Shown: positions 1 through 9,034 of the stretch, piece after piece
Layout: every line of letters starts with the position of its first letter
Numbering within the stretch: position 1 is the first letter of the stretch
Origin: Candidatus Microgenomates bacterium
GTDB taxonomy: Bacteria > Patescibacteriota > Microgenomatia > Daviesbacterales > UBA10151
NCBI GenBank assembly: GCA_016182045.1
Contig: JACOYE010000008.1
Span: 502-64,501, forward strand
DNA: 64,000 nucleotides
Direction: 5' to 3'
Notes under the pieces: model-generated
The model's database searches: none
What the model saw: the letters and a program-made list of their open reading frames with translations, nothing else
What the model was told of the DNA's origin: nothing
Translations under genes and position numbers: made by a program

Positions 1-568
1 CTCTGATGATGCATCTGTTTCATCTGTGTCATTATTTATAGATGGGGTCTTTGCAGGGGAAGATACCTCCTCCCCTTACACCTATTCCTGGGATACTACA
101 AAAGAAACTAATGGTAATCATACTATTCAATCCAAAGCCTTGGATACCTCTAGTAATCTTGGTGAATCAACAATAATTACTGTTAATGTTAATAATCCCA
201 GTCCACCCTCTCCCACCCCAACTGCTACTCCTACTTCAACACCCACAGCTACTCCTGTTGCAACTGTTGCTCCTGAGCTTCCAGATACCACTCCTCCCAC
301 AGTTTCTATAACTTATCCTACAGATGGATCAAATATTACAGGTGGTAGTAAAATTAATATAACTGCTTCTGCCCAAGATAACGTATCAGTATCAAAAGTA
401 GAAATTTATGTTAACAATAAATTAAAGTGTAGGGATTATGCCTCTCCTTATTCTTGTTCCTGGAATGTTCCTGCTGCCTCAGGTAAAACTTACCAGATCC
501 AGGCCAAAGCATATGACAGCTCAAATAATGCCAGTCCTTTTTCCACCATAACTGTAAAAGCTTTGTAA
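1..568 (+). CDS. C-terminal fragment of a surface protein with bacterial Ig-like repeats and a Pro/Thr-rich linker; the gene starts upstream of the window
   Basis: The ORF is open to the window edge. Repeats of the 'PYTYSWDT' and 'YSCSWNV' type suggest Ig-like domains, and a PSPPSPTPTATPTSTPTATP linker is present. Confidence 0.5.
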   Translation, partial: SDDASVSSVSLFIDGVFAGEDTSSPYTYSWDTTKETNGNHTIQSKALDTSSNLGESTIITVNVNNPSPPSPTPTATPTSTPTATPVATVAPELPDTTPPTVSITYPTDGSNITGGSKINITASAQDNVSVSKVEIYVNNKLKCRDYASPYSCSWNVPAASGKTYQIQAKAYDSSNNASPFSTITVKAL

Positions 569-587
569 TCTCCGACAAAGACCTCTG

Positions 588-616
588 TTGAGATTATTTC
601 CCAATCTTGATATACT
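588..616 (+). promoter_or_regulatory. sigma70-like promoter for rpmE-prfA: TTGAGA, 17 bp spacer, TATACT
   Basis: The -35 box TTGAGA is at 588-593 and the -10 box TATACT is at 611-616, 10 nt upstream of the rpmE ATG. Confidence 0.4.
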
Positions 617-625
617 TAAGCTCAT

Positions 626-952
626 ATGAAAGCTAACATTCATCCCCAGTGGTATCCTGAAGCTCGAGTTTCTTGTGCTTGTGGTAATAGTTTTATCACC
701 GGCTCCACCTTGCCGGAAATTAGGGTGGAAATTTGTTCAAACTGCCATCCATTATTTACCGGTCAACAAAAATTTGTTGACACCCTGGGTCAGGTTGACA
801 GATTTGTTAAAAAACTGGAAACTTCAAAAGCAAAACAGGAAGAAATAAAGAAAATTTTAGAAGCGCGTCGAGCCAAAGTTGAAGTTCACAAAAAGGAAAG
901 ACCATCCCTTAAAGAACTACTAATGAAGGCCAGAAAACAAGTAACTTCTTAG
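626..952 (+). CDS. rpmE: 50S ribosomal protein L31, Zn-ribbon type, with a lysine-rich C-terminal extension
   Basis: N-terminus [23 protein letters not shown]... with CxxC...CxxC zinc-binding cysteines. Confidence 0.85.
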   Translation: MKANIHPQWYPEARVSCACGNSFITGSTLPEIRVEICSNCHPLFTGQQKFVDTLGQVDRFVKKLETSKAKQEEIKKILEARRAKVEVHKKERPSLKELLMKARKQVTS

Positions 953-955
953 ATC

Positions 956-1894
956 GTGGATTATATCAAGCAACAATTACAACAAATAGACCAAAAGATT
1001 GAGGAGCTTAAGATGTTTTTGGAAGATCCCGAGCTTTCTGAACTAGCCAGTCAAGAAATTGCTGAATTGGAAAAGCAAAAAAGGGAACTTAAGGCATCCA
1101 GTGAGACAGCGATCCACCGATCCACTGACACACCGTCCACTGAAGGGCTTAATCCTAATGTGGCTATTTTGGAAATCCGTTCTGCTGCCGGTGGAGATGA
1201 GGCGGGAATTTTTGCTGGTAATCTTTTGAGGATGTATACAAGATTTGCTCAAAGTAAAGGATGGAAGATTGAGGAATTGAATAGATCAGAGGGAAAGTTA
1301 GGTCAAATAAAAGAAATTGTACTCAAAATAACCGGAAAAAATTGCTATTTATCTTTAAAGACTGAGTCGGGTGTTCACCGAGTACAAAGAGTACCCACCA
1401 CTGAATCTTCTGGCAGAATTCATACCTCAACAGCAACGGTGGCTGTCCTACCACAGATTAATCCTACCCAAATTAGCATCAATCCCAACGATATTGAGTT
1501 TGAATCATTCAGATCAGGTGGTAAGGGTGGGCAAAATGTCAACAAAGTTTCCACAGCTGTCAGAATAAAACACATTCCCACGGGGATTGTGGTGACCTCT
1601 CAGACTGAACGCTTTCAAGCCCAAAATAGAGAAATTGCCATGGATCTAATGCGTTCTAAAATCTGGCAAATGGAGGAGGACAAAAAGGCCAGGCAGATCG
1701 CCGGGTCAAGATCTGCACAAGTGGGTAGTGGGGAGCGCTCAGAAAAAATAAGAACATACAACTTCCCCCAAAACAGAGTAACCGATCATAGAATTAATAA
1801 ATCCTGGCATAATTTAGAGGAAATTTTGGATGGAAATTTAGAATCGATAATCCAAGCCCTTAATTCGGAGATACCCACCCACAAACTAGAGTAA
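956..1894 (+). CDS. prfA: peptide chain release factor 1 (GTG start)
   Basis: GGQ motif (SGGKGGQNVNK) and an RF1-type PxT tripeptide region (RVPTTESSGRIHTS). Confidence 0.85.
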   Translation: MDYIKQQLQQIDQKIEELKMFLEDPELSELASQEIAELEKQKRELKASSETAIHRSTDTPSTEGLNPNVAILEIRSAAGGDEAGIFAGNLLRMYTRFAQSKGWKIEELNRSEGKLGQIKEIVLKITGKNCYLSLKTESGVHRVQRVPTTESSGRIHTSTATVAVLPQINPTQISINPNDIEFESFRSGGKGGQNVNKVSTAVRIKHIPTGIVVTSQTERFQAQNREIAMDLMRSKIWQMEEDKKARQIAGSRSAQVGSGERSEKIRTYNFPQNRVTDHRINKSWHNLEEILDGNLESIIQALNSEIPTHKLE

Positions 1895-1899
1895 AATGG

Positions 1900-3204
1900 T
1901 TAAAGACCCTGCATTGAGGAAGTAACTAGTTTTTTTGTCACAGTTATTCCTTCTCTTGTAACAAACACAAAGGGATAACTACTAGTATCACCTGTTTGTT
2001 GATACTTTTCCCAAGCACTCACAACAGATTCAAATACCCTGGTATCTGCATCATATTCATCAGCCGCGCTTTTCTCACCTTCGCTTTCGTAGTGGAAAGC
2101 CTCATGTCTCAAGGTAGTGCCGGCAGTAAAAGGTTCGCTGTATCTGTGGTAGGCTTTTTCCCTCCCTACATCTCTTAATTGAGGTATCCATGGATATTCC
2201 TGAAACCAACCTGGTTCAAGATAAGATTGCTGAGGATGTGGTTTGAACTCACCCCCAACCACAATATAAATAAAGACCTGATTGTGCAATTCAGGATAAT
2301 TAACAAAGAGCTCTTTGTGTCTTTGCTCAAGTTGGGGGTATTTCCCTTTATACTCTTCCTTCATTTTTTGATAGCGGTCCAAACGGGTAAAAGAACCCTG
2401 TGGTCCACCATTTTCTGCTTCATGAGCAATTGCCCTGGGTTGATCCCTAAGTATTGCTAACTCTTTGTTTCCTTCGTCAGCTAGACTTTGATTACTTGCA
2501 ATATTTTCCTCATATTCCTTTTTCAGCTCTCCGTTTTTAATCTTTCTAAGTTTCTCTTCCCAATACCTTAGGCTTTCCTCGTATTCACCTCTAAGCTGTG
2601 GAGAAGTGATTTCTTGAATCCACCTCTGATAGTCAGCAATACTCTCCTCTACCTCTTTTTGATACTCACCAGTAGTAAATTTACTCATACGCTCCTGCCA
2701 CGATTGTATGCGTTCTTGTGCCGATTTTACATCATCCTCTGCTTGCTTAATTTTAGATCGCCAATAATCTTCTGGTTCCTCTTGGGGATGAACACTGAAT
2801 GCTTGCCATACCAAACGAGCTTCCTCAGATAATTTTTCACTTGCATTCCAGCTAAGGCTTGTGTGATCGACCAAAACAATATTAACTCCCACAATTTTCC
2901 CTTCTTTTGCATCTTTAAAAAGAGGAAAATCAAAAATACCTTCTCTCAAATAAAGCTTGACCCGCGAAGTCTGATAAATACGAATACCGTTAATTCTCAG
3001 TTGTTCAGGTTCAAGCAAATCATTAAATTTTTCTCTCGGCGGAACATCTGGAACCGGCAGTTTATCTAATAAGCTTCTTATCCATCCTAAGTTCACTTCT
3101 ACCAACACAGCACCTACTCCTCCAATCGTTACTACAGTACCCTTAAGAAATGTCCTTCTTGAGAGACGATGGTGCTGAACTCCTGGTTCTGCTTCTTGAC
3201 TCAT
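1900..3204 (-). CDS. hypothetical protein with a twin-arginine-like signal (SRRTFLKG) and tandem EY..W..K coiled-coil repeats
   Basis: Long ORF with an N-terminal RR motif plus hydrophobic segment and repeated EYEESLRYWEEKL-like units. No recognisable catalytic motif. Confidence 0.5.
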   Translation of the reverse strand: MSQEAEPGVQHHRLSRRTFLKGTVVTIGGVGAVLVEVNLGWIRSLLDKLPVPDVPPREKFNDLLEPEQLRINGIRIYQTSRVKLYLREGIFDFPLFKDAKEGKIVGVNIVLVDHTSLSWNASEKLSEEARLVWQAFSVHPQEEPEDYWRSKIKQAEDDVKSAQERIQSWQERMSKFTTGEYQKEVEESIADYQRWIQEITSPQLRGEYEESLRYWEEKLRKIKNGELKKEYEENIASNQSLADEGNKELAILRDQPRAIAHEAENGGPQGSFTRLDRYQKMKEEYKGKYPQLEQRHKELFVNYPELHNQVFIYIVVGGEFKPHPQQSYLEPGWFQEYPWIPQLRDVGREKAYHRYSEPFTAGTTLRHEAFHYESEGEKSAADEYDADTRVFESVVSAWEKYQQTGDTSSYPFVFVTREGITVTKKLVTSSMQGL

Positions 3205-3284
3205 AGTAATGAAAGATTATACCAATCAAAGGGTTTTAATGCAACAATCCTAGATGTAACCATTCACGAGTTGTCAAAGGAAAT

Positions 3285-3350
3285 GTCATCGCGAGGCTAC
3301 GAAGTAGCCGTGGCGATCTAATAAGATTGCTTCGCTACGCTCGCAATGAC
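3285..3350. repeat. intergenic GC-rich palindromic element (GTCATCGCGAG...CTCGCAATGAC), a member of the repeat family also found inside CDSs
   Basis: Imperfect ~66 bp palindrome with GTCATYSCGAG termini and an internal hairpin GGCTAC-GAA-GTAGCC. It is much more GC-rich than its surroundings. Confidence 0.6.
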
Positions 3351-3388
3351 GAAGTTTTGTTAAATCCTGAACAGCTACTCCTAGATCA

Positions 3389-4510
3389 CTACTCTTGGGG
3401 GGTCTCTCCAACAACAGCTGTCAGTTTAAGATCTTGACCATCTCTCCAGATTTGTAGCTTCAGACTTTGACCGATATTTGCCTTTGAAATAATTTCAGCC
3501 ACTTTATTTTCCGAATCAATTGAGTTGCCGTCAATTTTAGTAATAATATCCCCTTCTAAAACCCCGTCTTTTTTTGCCGGACCATCCTCCAAAACTTCCT
3601 GGATATATGCTCCTTGCGGCACTTCATTTAAGATGGCCACATCTTTGGAGATAAACCTATATCTTATTCCCAAAAATGGTCTTGACACAGTTCCTTTGGC
3701 AACAAATTCATCAACAATTTTTTTGACAGAATTGATAGGTATGGTAAAACCAATATTTTCAGCACCCTCTGTTGTTGCCACGTTAACCCCAATCACTTGC
3801 CCTGCAGAATTTAGAAGAGGACCCCCTGAATTACCGGGATTGATGGCAGCATCGGTCTGAATCAAGTTATCCAATCTTTCAAAGGACCCTTCAAAGGGAT
3901 CCCCTGCCACTACAGCTCTACCCAGTCCGGAAACTACCCCTGTTGTGACAGTATTGGTAAAACGACCCAGGGCGTTTCCGATGGCAATTACAGTTTGTCC
4001 CACCTTTAGTGTTGAAGAGTCACCTAAACCTAAAGGTTTTAAGTTTGATCCGTCTATTTGTACTATGGCCAAATCCAACAAAGGATCTCTATAGATTCTT
4101 CTTACCTCATATTTTTGCCCATCCTTTGTCACAACGCTGTATCGTCCTTCCTCCCCTACCACATGCTTATTGGTGACAATAATTCCCTTCTCAGATACCA
4201 CAAAGCCCGTACCAATGGTTGCCTCTTCTCTGGTGGGGATGGAGAAAGGATCAAAGGGATTAACGACTCTTCTTGATACACCAATTGCCACCACAGATGG
4301 GGATGCTTTCTCGGAAGCAGAAATGACTGCATTTTCTTCCTGAATAATTGTTCTGGTTTCTTGGGGAGGAAGAGGTTGTGGAGTGAAATCACCCCTTGGT
4401 ATTAAACCTCTTACTTGAGCCTGATACAAACCAACTGCCACCAACACTCCCAAAGATATGGCTAAAACTATACCTGATAAATTTGGTCTAGGTAATTTTG
4501 AATAATCCAT
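3389..4510 (-). CDS. htrA: HtrA/DegP-family serine protease (trypsin-like domain plus PDZ)
   Basis: GNSGGPL catalytic-serine motif, a TNKHVV histidine region, a C-terminal PDZ-like domain and an N-terminal membrane anchor. Confidence 0.85.
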   Translation of the reverse strand: MDYSKLPRPNLSGIVLAISLGVLVAVGLYQAQVRGLIPRGDFTPQPLPPQETRTIIQEENAVISASEKASPSVVAIGVSRRVVNPFDPFSIPTREEATIGTGFVVSEKGIIVTNKHVVGEEGRYSVVTKDGQKYEVRRIYRDPLLDLAIVQIDGSNLKPLGLGDSSTLKVGQTVIAIGNALGRFTNTVTTGVVSGLGRAVVAGDPFEGSFERLDNLIQTDAAINPGNSGGPLLNSAGQVIGVNVATTEGAENIGFTIPINSVKKIVDEFVAKGTVSRPFLGIRYRFISKDVAILNEVPQGAYIQEVLEDGPAKKDGVLEGDIITKIDGNSIDSENKVAEIISKANIGQSLKLQIWRDGQDLKLTAVVGETPQE

Positions 4511-4554
4511 TGTATTTTGAATTTGTTTCGTGCTTCGATATTCGTGCTTCGAAT
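4511..4554 (-). promoter_or_regulatory. tandem direct repeats (ATWTCGAAGCACGA x2, read on the minus strand) immediately upstream of htrA; possible response-regulator site
   Basis: The units cgaagcacgaa at 4524-4534 and 4538-4548 have a 14-nt period and lie about 15 nt upstream of the htrA start. Confidence 0.3.
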
Positions 4555-5790
4555 TTAATCAAGTAATTCCAGTGCTTTATCCAATTGCGGATCCTTAGTG
4601 GAATCCACTTTATCTTCTTCTATCTTCGTAGAAGACTCTATTTTAACATCCGCTTCCAGTCCTTGAGTATCATTAACCCAACTTCCATTAGGAGTCAACC
4701 ACTTGGCCACAGTAATATGTATTCCTGTTCCTCCGGGCAAATCCTGTGCCTCTTGTATTGTGCCCTTTCCGAAAGATTTTTCTCCCACCAATTTAGCCCT
4801 ACCCCTATCCCGAAGTGCTCCTGCCACAATCTCAGATGCCGAAGCAGAACCTTTGTTAATCACTACCACCATTGGTTTATCAAGTAATCTGCCTGTTCGA
4901 TTAACTTTAAAGGGAGACTGTTCTTTCTTGGCATTTTCCTGTATCACCACATCCCCGCTTTCCAAAAATTCCGAGGCAATAAACACTGCTCCCTCTAAAA
5001 ATCCTCCCGGATTATTTCTGACATCTAAGACTAACCCTTGGGGATTTCTAGATATAATATCTGAGACCGCCTTTTCCCACTCTTCTTTAGTTCTCTCGCC
5101 AAACCTGGACAGTTTGATGATGGCTACTTCCTTGCCAGTTTTGCTGTTTTGAAATGAAACTTCAACGCTTTTGACAACAATAGTGTCACGAGTCAGAGTA
5201 AAAATTCTTGCCTCCTCTTCCCCTTCTCTAAAAATCTCCAAGGTTACCTGAGTCCCTTTGGGACCTCTGATCAGTTTGACTGCCTCAGGCAGAGTCATTG
5301 AAGTAGTATCCTTATCATCAATTTTGACAATTAAATCCTGAGGCTTAATGCCCACTTTCTCGGCAGGAGTGCCTGATAATGGCGCTACCACCACTAACCT
5401 TTTCTCCTTATTAAACCCCAGTTGAATTCCCACCCCTTCAAAAGAACCGTTCAACTCTTCTTTGGAAGATTTTTGTTGCTCCGGTGGAAGAAAGACGGTA
5501 TAAGGATCTCCTATGGCAGATACCATGCCGGAAATAGCCCCATAGAATAACTTGTTTGGATCAATGGCACTTTTGTCAAGATACAATCTGGACACCAAAT
5601 CCCAGGTATCCCAAAATAACTTAAAATCTATTTCGATTTCTTTTGGAGGCTTCTGATTTACAAACCGGACATTAGAATCTATTTTATCCTCAACTGGTAA
5701 ATTCCTATGTCCAAGCTGCCAACCCAGCAGAAAAACCAGTATCAGTATCAGAATATTTTTTATATTAATGCGTCGGATTTGCTCTTTCAT
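4555..5790 (-). CDS. ctpA: carboxyl-terminal processing protease (S41 family, PDZ-containing)
   Basis: S41 motifs VLDVRNNPGG and the GSASASE serine region, a PDZ segment and an N-terminal transmembrane anchor. Confidence 0.85.
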   Translation of the reverse strand: MKEQIRRINIKNILILILVFLLGWQLGHRNLPVEDKIDSNVRFVNQKPPKEIEIDFKLFWDTWDLVSRLYLDKSAIDPNKLFYGAISGMVSAIGDPYTVFLPPEQQKSSKEELNGSFEGVGIQLGFNKEKRLVVVAPLSGTPAEKVGIKPQDLIVKIDDKDTTSMTLPEAVKLIRGPKGTQVTLEIFREGEEEARIFTLTRDTIVVKSVEVSFQNSKTGKEVAIIKLSRFGERTKEEWEKAVSDIISRNPQGLVLDVRNNPGGFLEGAVFIASEFLESGDVVIQENAKKEQSPFKVNRTGRLLDKPMVVVINKGSASASEIVAGALRDRGRAKLVGEKSFGKGTIQEAQDLPGGTGIHITVAKWLTPNGSWVNDTQGLEADVKIESSTKIEEDKVDSTKDPQLDKALELLD

Positions 5791-5797
5791 AAAAAGT

Positions 5798-6940
5798 TTA
5801 CTCTATTATTTCAATATTGGCAGATGGCATCTGTATTTTTCTGGATTTTGTCTCCACAGTCACCAGAAAGTCCTCTAACCCGGAGGCAAGTTGGGTCTTA
5901 GACCCATTTATTGAAATAATTTTACCTTGTCCTCCTCTATATAAGGAGCCGACAAATCTTACTTTCTGGTCCCCCTTAACCTCCTCCGAATCCGGTTGAG
6001 CCGGATTTGCATAGGTAGTAAAATCCACCATTTTAGGTAAACTGGTACTCCTAATCTTTTTCATACTGCTTGAGCTAAATGAGGGCAAATTTATTATCCC
6101 CCGATTACCGTCTAAGGTGACAAATTTTTCATCAAACTCCAACAAAATCTGGTATATATCCTCCCCTATTGGTATTGATCCAAAGCCCTCGCAAGCCACG
6201 ATGGTAATACCTATATCACTTTCTAATTTACGAGGAAAGATTAGTCTTCCTCCTGCCATGCCTCTAAAATCTTGGGCATTCAGCCCTCCGGTGATTATAC
6301 CATGAATACCCGCCGATATGGCATCTTCTATAGCCTCTTTAAAGACTATACTTCCACCAAGCAAAATATGTTCCGTATCCTTAACTGAAATTTTTGATGA
6401 GCTGATCAAATCTTCTCTTCCGCCTATTTTTCTTAGTATGCCGTCTCTCACTCTTCCGGTTCCCACCAGACCGTAAACTCTGGTAACTTGTGTTCTAATT
6501 GAAACAGCACCTCTTTTTTCATCTACCCCATCAACTACCCCATAAACTCCTGCTACCAGATTCACCCTCTTGGGTAGAAAACTCATTCTAACTTCTCCGC
6601 TATTTATGTTAAAAAAATCTAAAATTCCATCGGTGGGAGAAACCACCACCTTTTTTGAAGAAAACAGTCCACCTTCTTTATAAGCCAAAAGTTCTCCTTT
6701 GTAGATCTTTTGACCCAAACCAACTTTGAGGTATTTTTTGACGTCTTTAGGGGTGACTGAAAGTTGAGATGCCAAATTTATGGTTCTAAAACCCGATGAA
6801 ACTATGGCAGAACCGATAATCTCCGCCGGTGTGAGTTCCTGACCAACTTGTATGTTTAAACTACCCTGGCCTGGTAAGTTTCTAAAAATTCTGGTAATGA
6901 TATCTTTTTCAAAACGTAATCTTTTGGGCGCATAAAGCAT
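5798..6940 (-). CDS. hypothetical protein (380 aa), translationally coupled to the upstream 223-aa ORF
   Basis: Long ORF with no motif I can assign. It shares the ATGA overlap at 6940 with the upstream gene. Confidence 0.55.
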   Translation of the reverse strand: MLYAPKRLRFEKDIITRIFRNLPGQGSLNIQVGQELTPAEIIGSAIVSSGFRTINLASQLSVTPKDVKKYLKVGLGQKIYKGELLAYKEGGLFSSKKVVVSPTDGILDFFNINSGEVRMSFLPKRVNLVAGVYGVVDGVDEKRGAVSIRTQVTRVYGLVGTGRVRDGILRKIGGREDLISSSKISVKDTEHILLGGSIVFKEAIEDAISAGIHGIITGGLNAQDFRGMAGGRLIFPRKLESDIGITIVACEGFGSIPIGEDIYQILLEFDEKFVTLDGNRGIINLPSFSSSSMKKIRSTSLPKMVDFTTYANPAQPDSEEVKGDQKVRFVGSLYRGGQGKIISINGSKTQLASGLEDFLVTVETKSRKIQMPSANIEIIE

Positions 6941-7611
6941 TAAATAACCCTCCCATCAATTACCAACCCCAATCTTCCGCCATAAATCTGAAGCTGACTC
7001 ATCTTTTGACCTAAAATTTTTCCTCGATCAAGCTTAAAGGCTATCTCGCAACGGTTTTTTGGACAGGGTACCACTACTAAGCTACCAGGTTTAATTTTGA
7101 ATGTTTTCCCTTCTACCTGAAGCTGCATGATGGCTTTACTGTCATCAAATTGCGGCAAAAGTATTGAACCTACCACTTCATCCAAATCATCTGTCAAAAC
7201 TACGGTCCAAAGATCTGCAAACCAGTCTTCTTTTTGACGATCAAGAAGAAGTGCATCAACAAATACCCAGACACAAGTTATCAAATCAGGGCAGTATTTC
7301 AAAAATTTTGCAGGAATCAATAGCTTACGAAGAGTGATATTTAAAAAGGGATTGTCGCCCAAAAGATTATTGCCCCCTTTTATGACCCCTCCCCATGGTC
7401 CATTTAACCTGACTGCCTCACGCAAGATGGCCAGATCTATTTGCATATCAAGTTGTGACACGGCAATTGTTTGTGGGTATAAGATTCTGTTGGCCAGATA
7501 ATTTTCCATCTGATGAGGTTGCATCGGGGTCTTAATCCATCTGGCTATATTTTCTATAGGGATTTGATCAAGATTATCAAAGCTATCAAAAAGACCGGAC
7601 AGTTTGGGCAT
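6940..7611 (-). CDS. hypothetical protein (223 aa)
   Basis: Long ORF directly downstream of rpsR; no recognisable motif. Confidence 0.55.
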   Translation of the reverse strand: MPKLSGLFDSFDNLDQIPIENIARWIKTPMQPHQMENYLANRILYPQTIAVSQLDMQIDLAILREAVRLNGPWGGVIKGGNNLLGDNPFLNITLRKLLIPAKFLKYCPDLITCVWVFVDALLLDRQKEDWFADLWTVVLTDDLDEVVGSILLPQFDDSKAIMQLQVEGKTFKIKPGSLVVVPCPKNRCEIAFKLDRGKILGQKMSQLQIYGGRLGLVIDGRVI

Positions 7612-7623
7612 GGTTTAATTCTA

Positions 7624-7923
7624 CTAAACATTTGGGGTGAATGGAAGTAAGGCCAGGTGACGAGCATATTTTATCTGTCTTGTCAAAAAACGCTGATGCT
7701 TACTACAAAGCCCGCTTCTGATTTTGGGTAGGATTTTTGCTCTGTCAGTTAAAAACCGGCGTAGGGTCACCACATCAGTAAAGATGGGTATACTCTTTTG
7801 CTGACAAAAATAACACCTTTTTTTCTTGACAGGCAAATCTCCTGTTGGTGGGTTTACTTGGGGAGATTCCTCTGCTTTAGACTCCTTATTGGAAATTTTC
7901 TTTTTTACTACCTTTTTAACCAT
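7624..7923 (-). CDS. rpsR: 30S ribosomal protein S18
   Basis: CYFC...VVTLRRFLTDRAKILP...RHLALLPF matches the S18 consensus. Confidence 0.85.
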   Translation of the reverse strand: MVKKVVKKKISNKESKAEESPQVNPPTGDLPVKKKRCYFCQQKSIPIFTDVVTLRRFLTDRAKILPKIRSGLCSKHQRFLTRQIKYARHLALLPFTPNV

Positions 7924-7982
7924 GAGGAAGATTATACAGTGTGGGTCTTAGAAGGGCAAGTCCTCATCAGTTACTTCCTCTT

Positions 7983-9005
7983 TTACTCTATACCAACTAA
8001 ATATTTTTCTTTAAGGGCTTGGAGACTTGGAAAAGCATTTTGTCTCTTAATTCCTTTAAGGAGCTTCGCAGCATGTTCTACTTTTTCAGAAGGGAATCTA
8101 CCACTTTTTTCTACATACTCTTTAAATTGGGTATCAATTAAGCCTGAATGCGGATGATTGTCGCTTTGATAATTAACAGCGGCATGGAAATTATCAGACA
8201 AATGAGCATAAACCTCTTGAAAAACATCAGGATTGTGTTGTTCCAGAAAAACAAGTGCCTCTATTATTCTTCGTTGATGATGTAATAATGCCCCAGGCCC
8301 TCCTTCAACCACATAATCCAAATTTGTAGTCAATAGTTGTGGTATTAAAATACCAAGATCACTTGATAACTCAGTGGGCTGAATAATACTTAATCCCTGG
8401 ATATTCTGTACTAAATTTTCAGTATTAAATACTAAAGCTTCAGATACAATAAATCTTCTCTCTATATCCTTCTCTTCAAAAGAAGTTAAGGGTAAACCTT
8501 GTTCGGATCTGTATCTGTTCATACGTTCCCTATATGCTTGCATAAAACCTCTTGTCTCATCATAAAATTTTACTAACTTTGGGTCAGCTTTAAAGCGTCT
8601 TGCAAACCAGTATCTAAACGGAATATGCGAAGGATGAAATTCTTCAGAGGTTAGGGTAATTTCTTCAAACTCCCTATGTATTGGATTACCAGCAGATCTT
8701 TCTGCTAAACTACTATCGAATACAAGTATAAAATCAAAATCTGATCCTACACGGGCTGTACCACGCAAAAGCGACCCAACAGGGAATATCATTCCTTTTC
8801 TTTCTTTAAATTGCTCGATTATCTTAGGAGGAGACTCTTGATGTAACACTTCTCCGAAGTATTGGTGAAATCCCTCTAAAATTCCTACAGTAAACTCTGA
8901 TCTTGCTTCAGGCTTTCTTAAAGTGTTTATTACCTTATTAACCTGTCCTGCTTCGGGTGTATCTTCCATACAATGAGTATACCGAACTTTAGATCTTAAC
9001 ACCAA
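7983..9005 (-). CDS. pol-beta superfamily nucleotidyltransferase-fold protein (340 aa) of unknown function
   Basis: Minimal NTase motif GS-x10-DxD (GSLLRGTARVGSDFDFILVFD), a candidate third acidic residue about 55 aa downstream, and a ~200 aa helical C-terminal region. Confidence 0.55.
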   Translation of the reverse strand: MVLRSKVRYTHCMEDTPEAGQVNKVINTLRKPEARSEFTVGILEGFHQYFGEVLHQESPPKIIEQFKERKGMIFPVGSLLRGTARVGSDFDFILVFDSSLAERSAGNPIHREFEEITLTSEEFHPSHIPFRYWFARRFKADPKLVKFYDETRGFMQAYRERMNRYRSEQGLPLTSFEEKDIERRFIVSEALVFNTENLVQNIQGLSIIQPTELSSDLGILIPQLLTTNLDYVVEGGPGALLHHQRRIIEALVFLEQHNPDVFQEVYAHLSDNFHAAVNYQSDNHPHSGLIDTQFKEYVEKSGRFPSEKVEHAAKLLKGIKRQNAFPSLQALKEKYLVGIE

Positions 9006-9034
9006 TTTATAGAATAGTAACGAAATGAAAGAGA

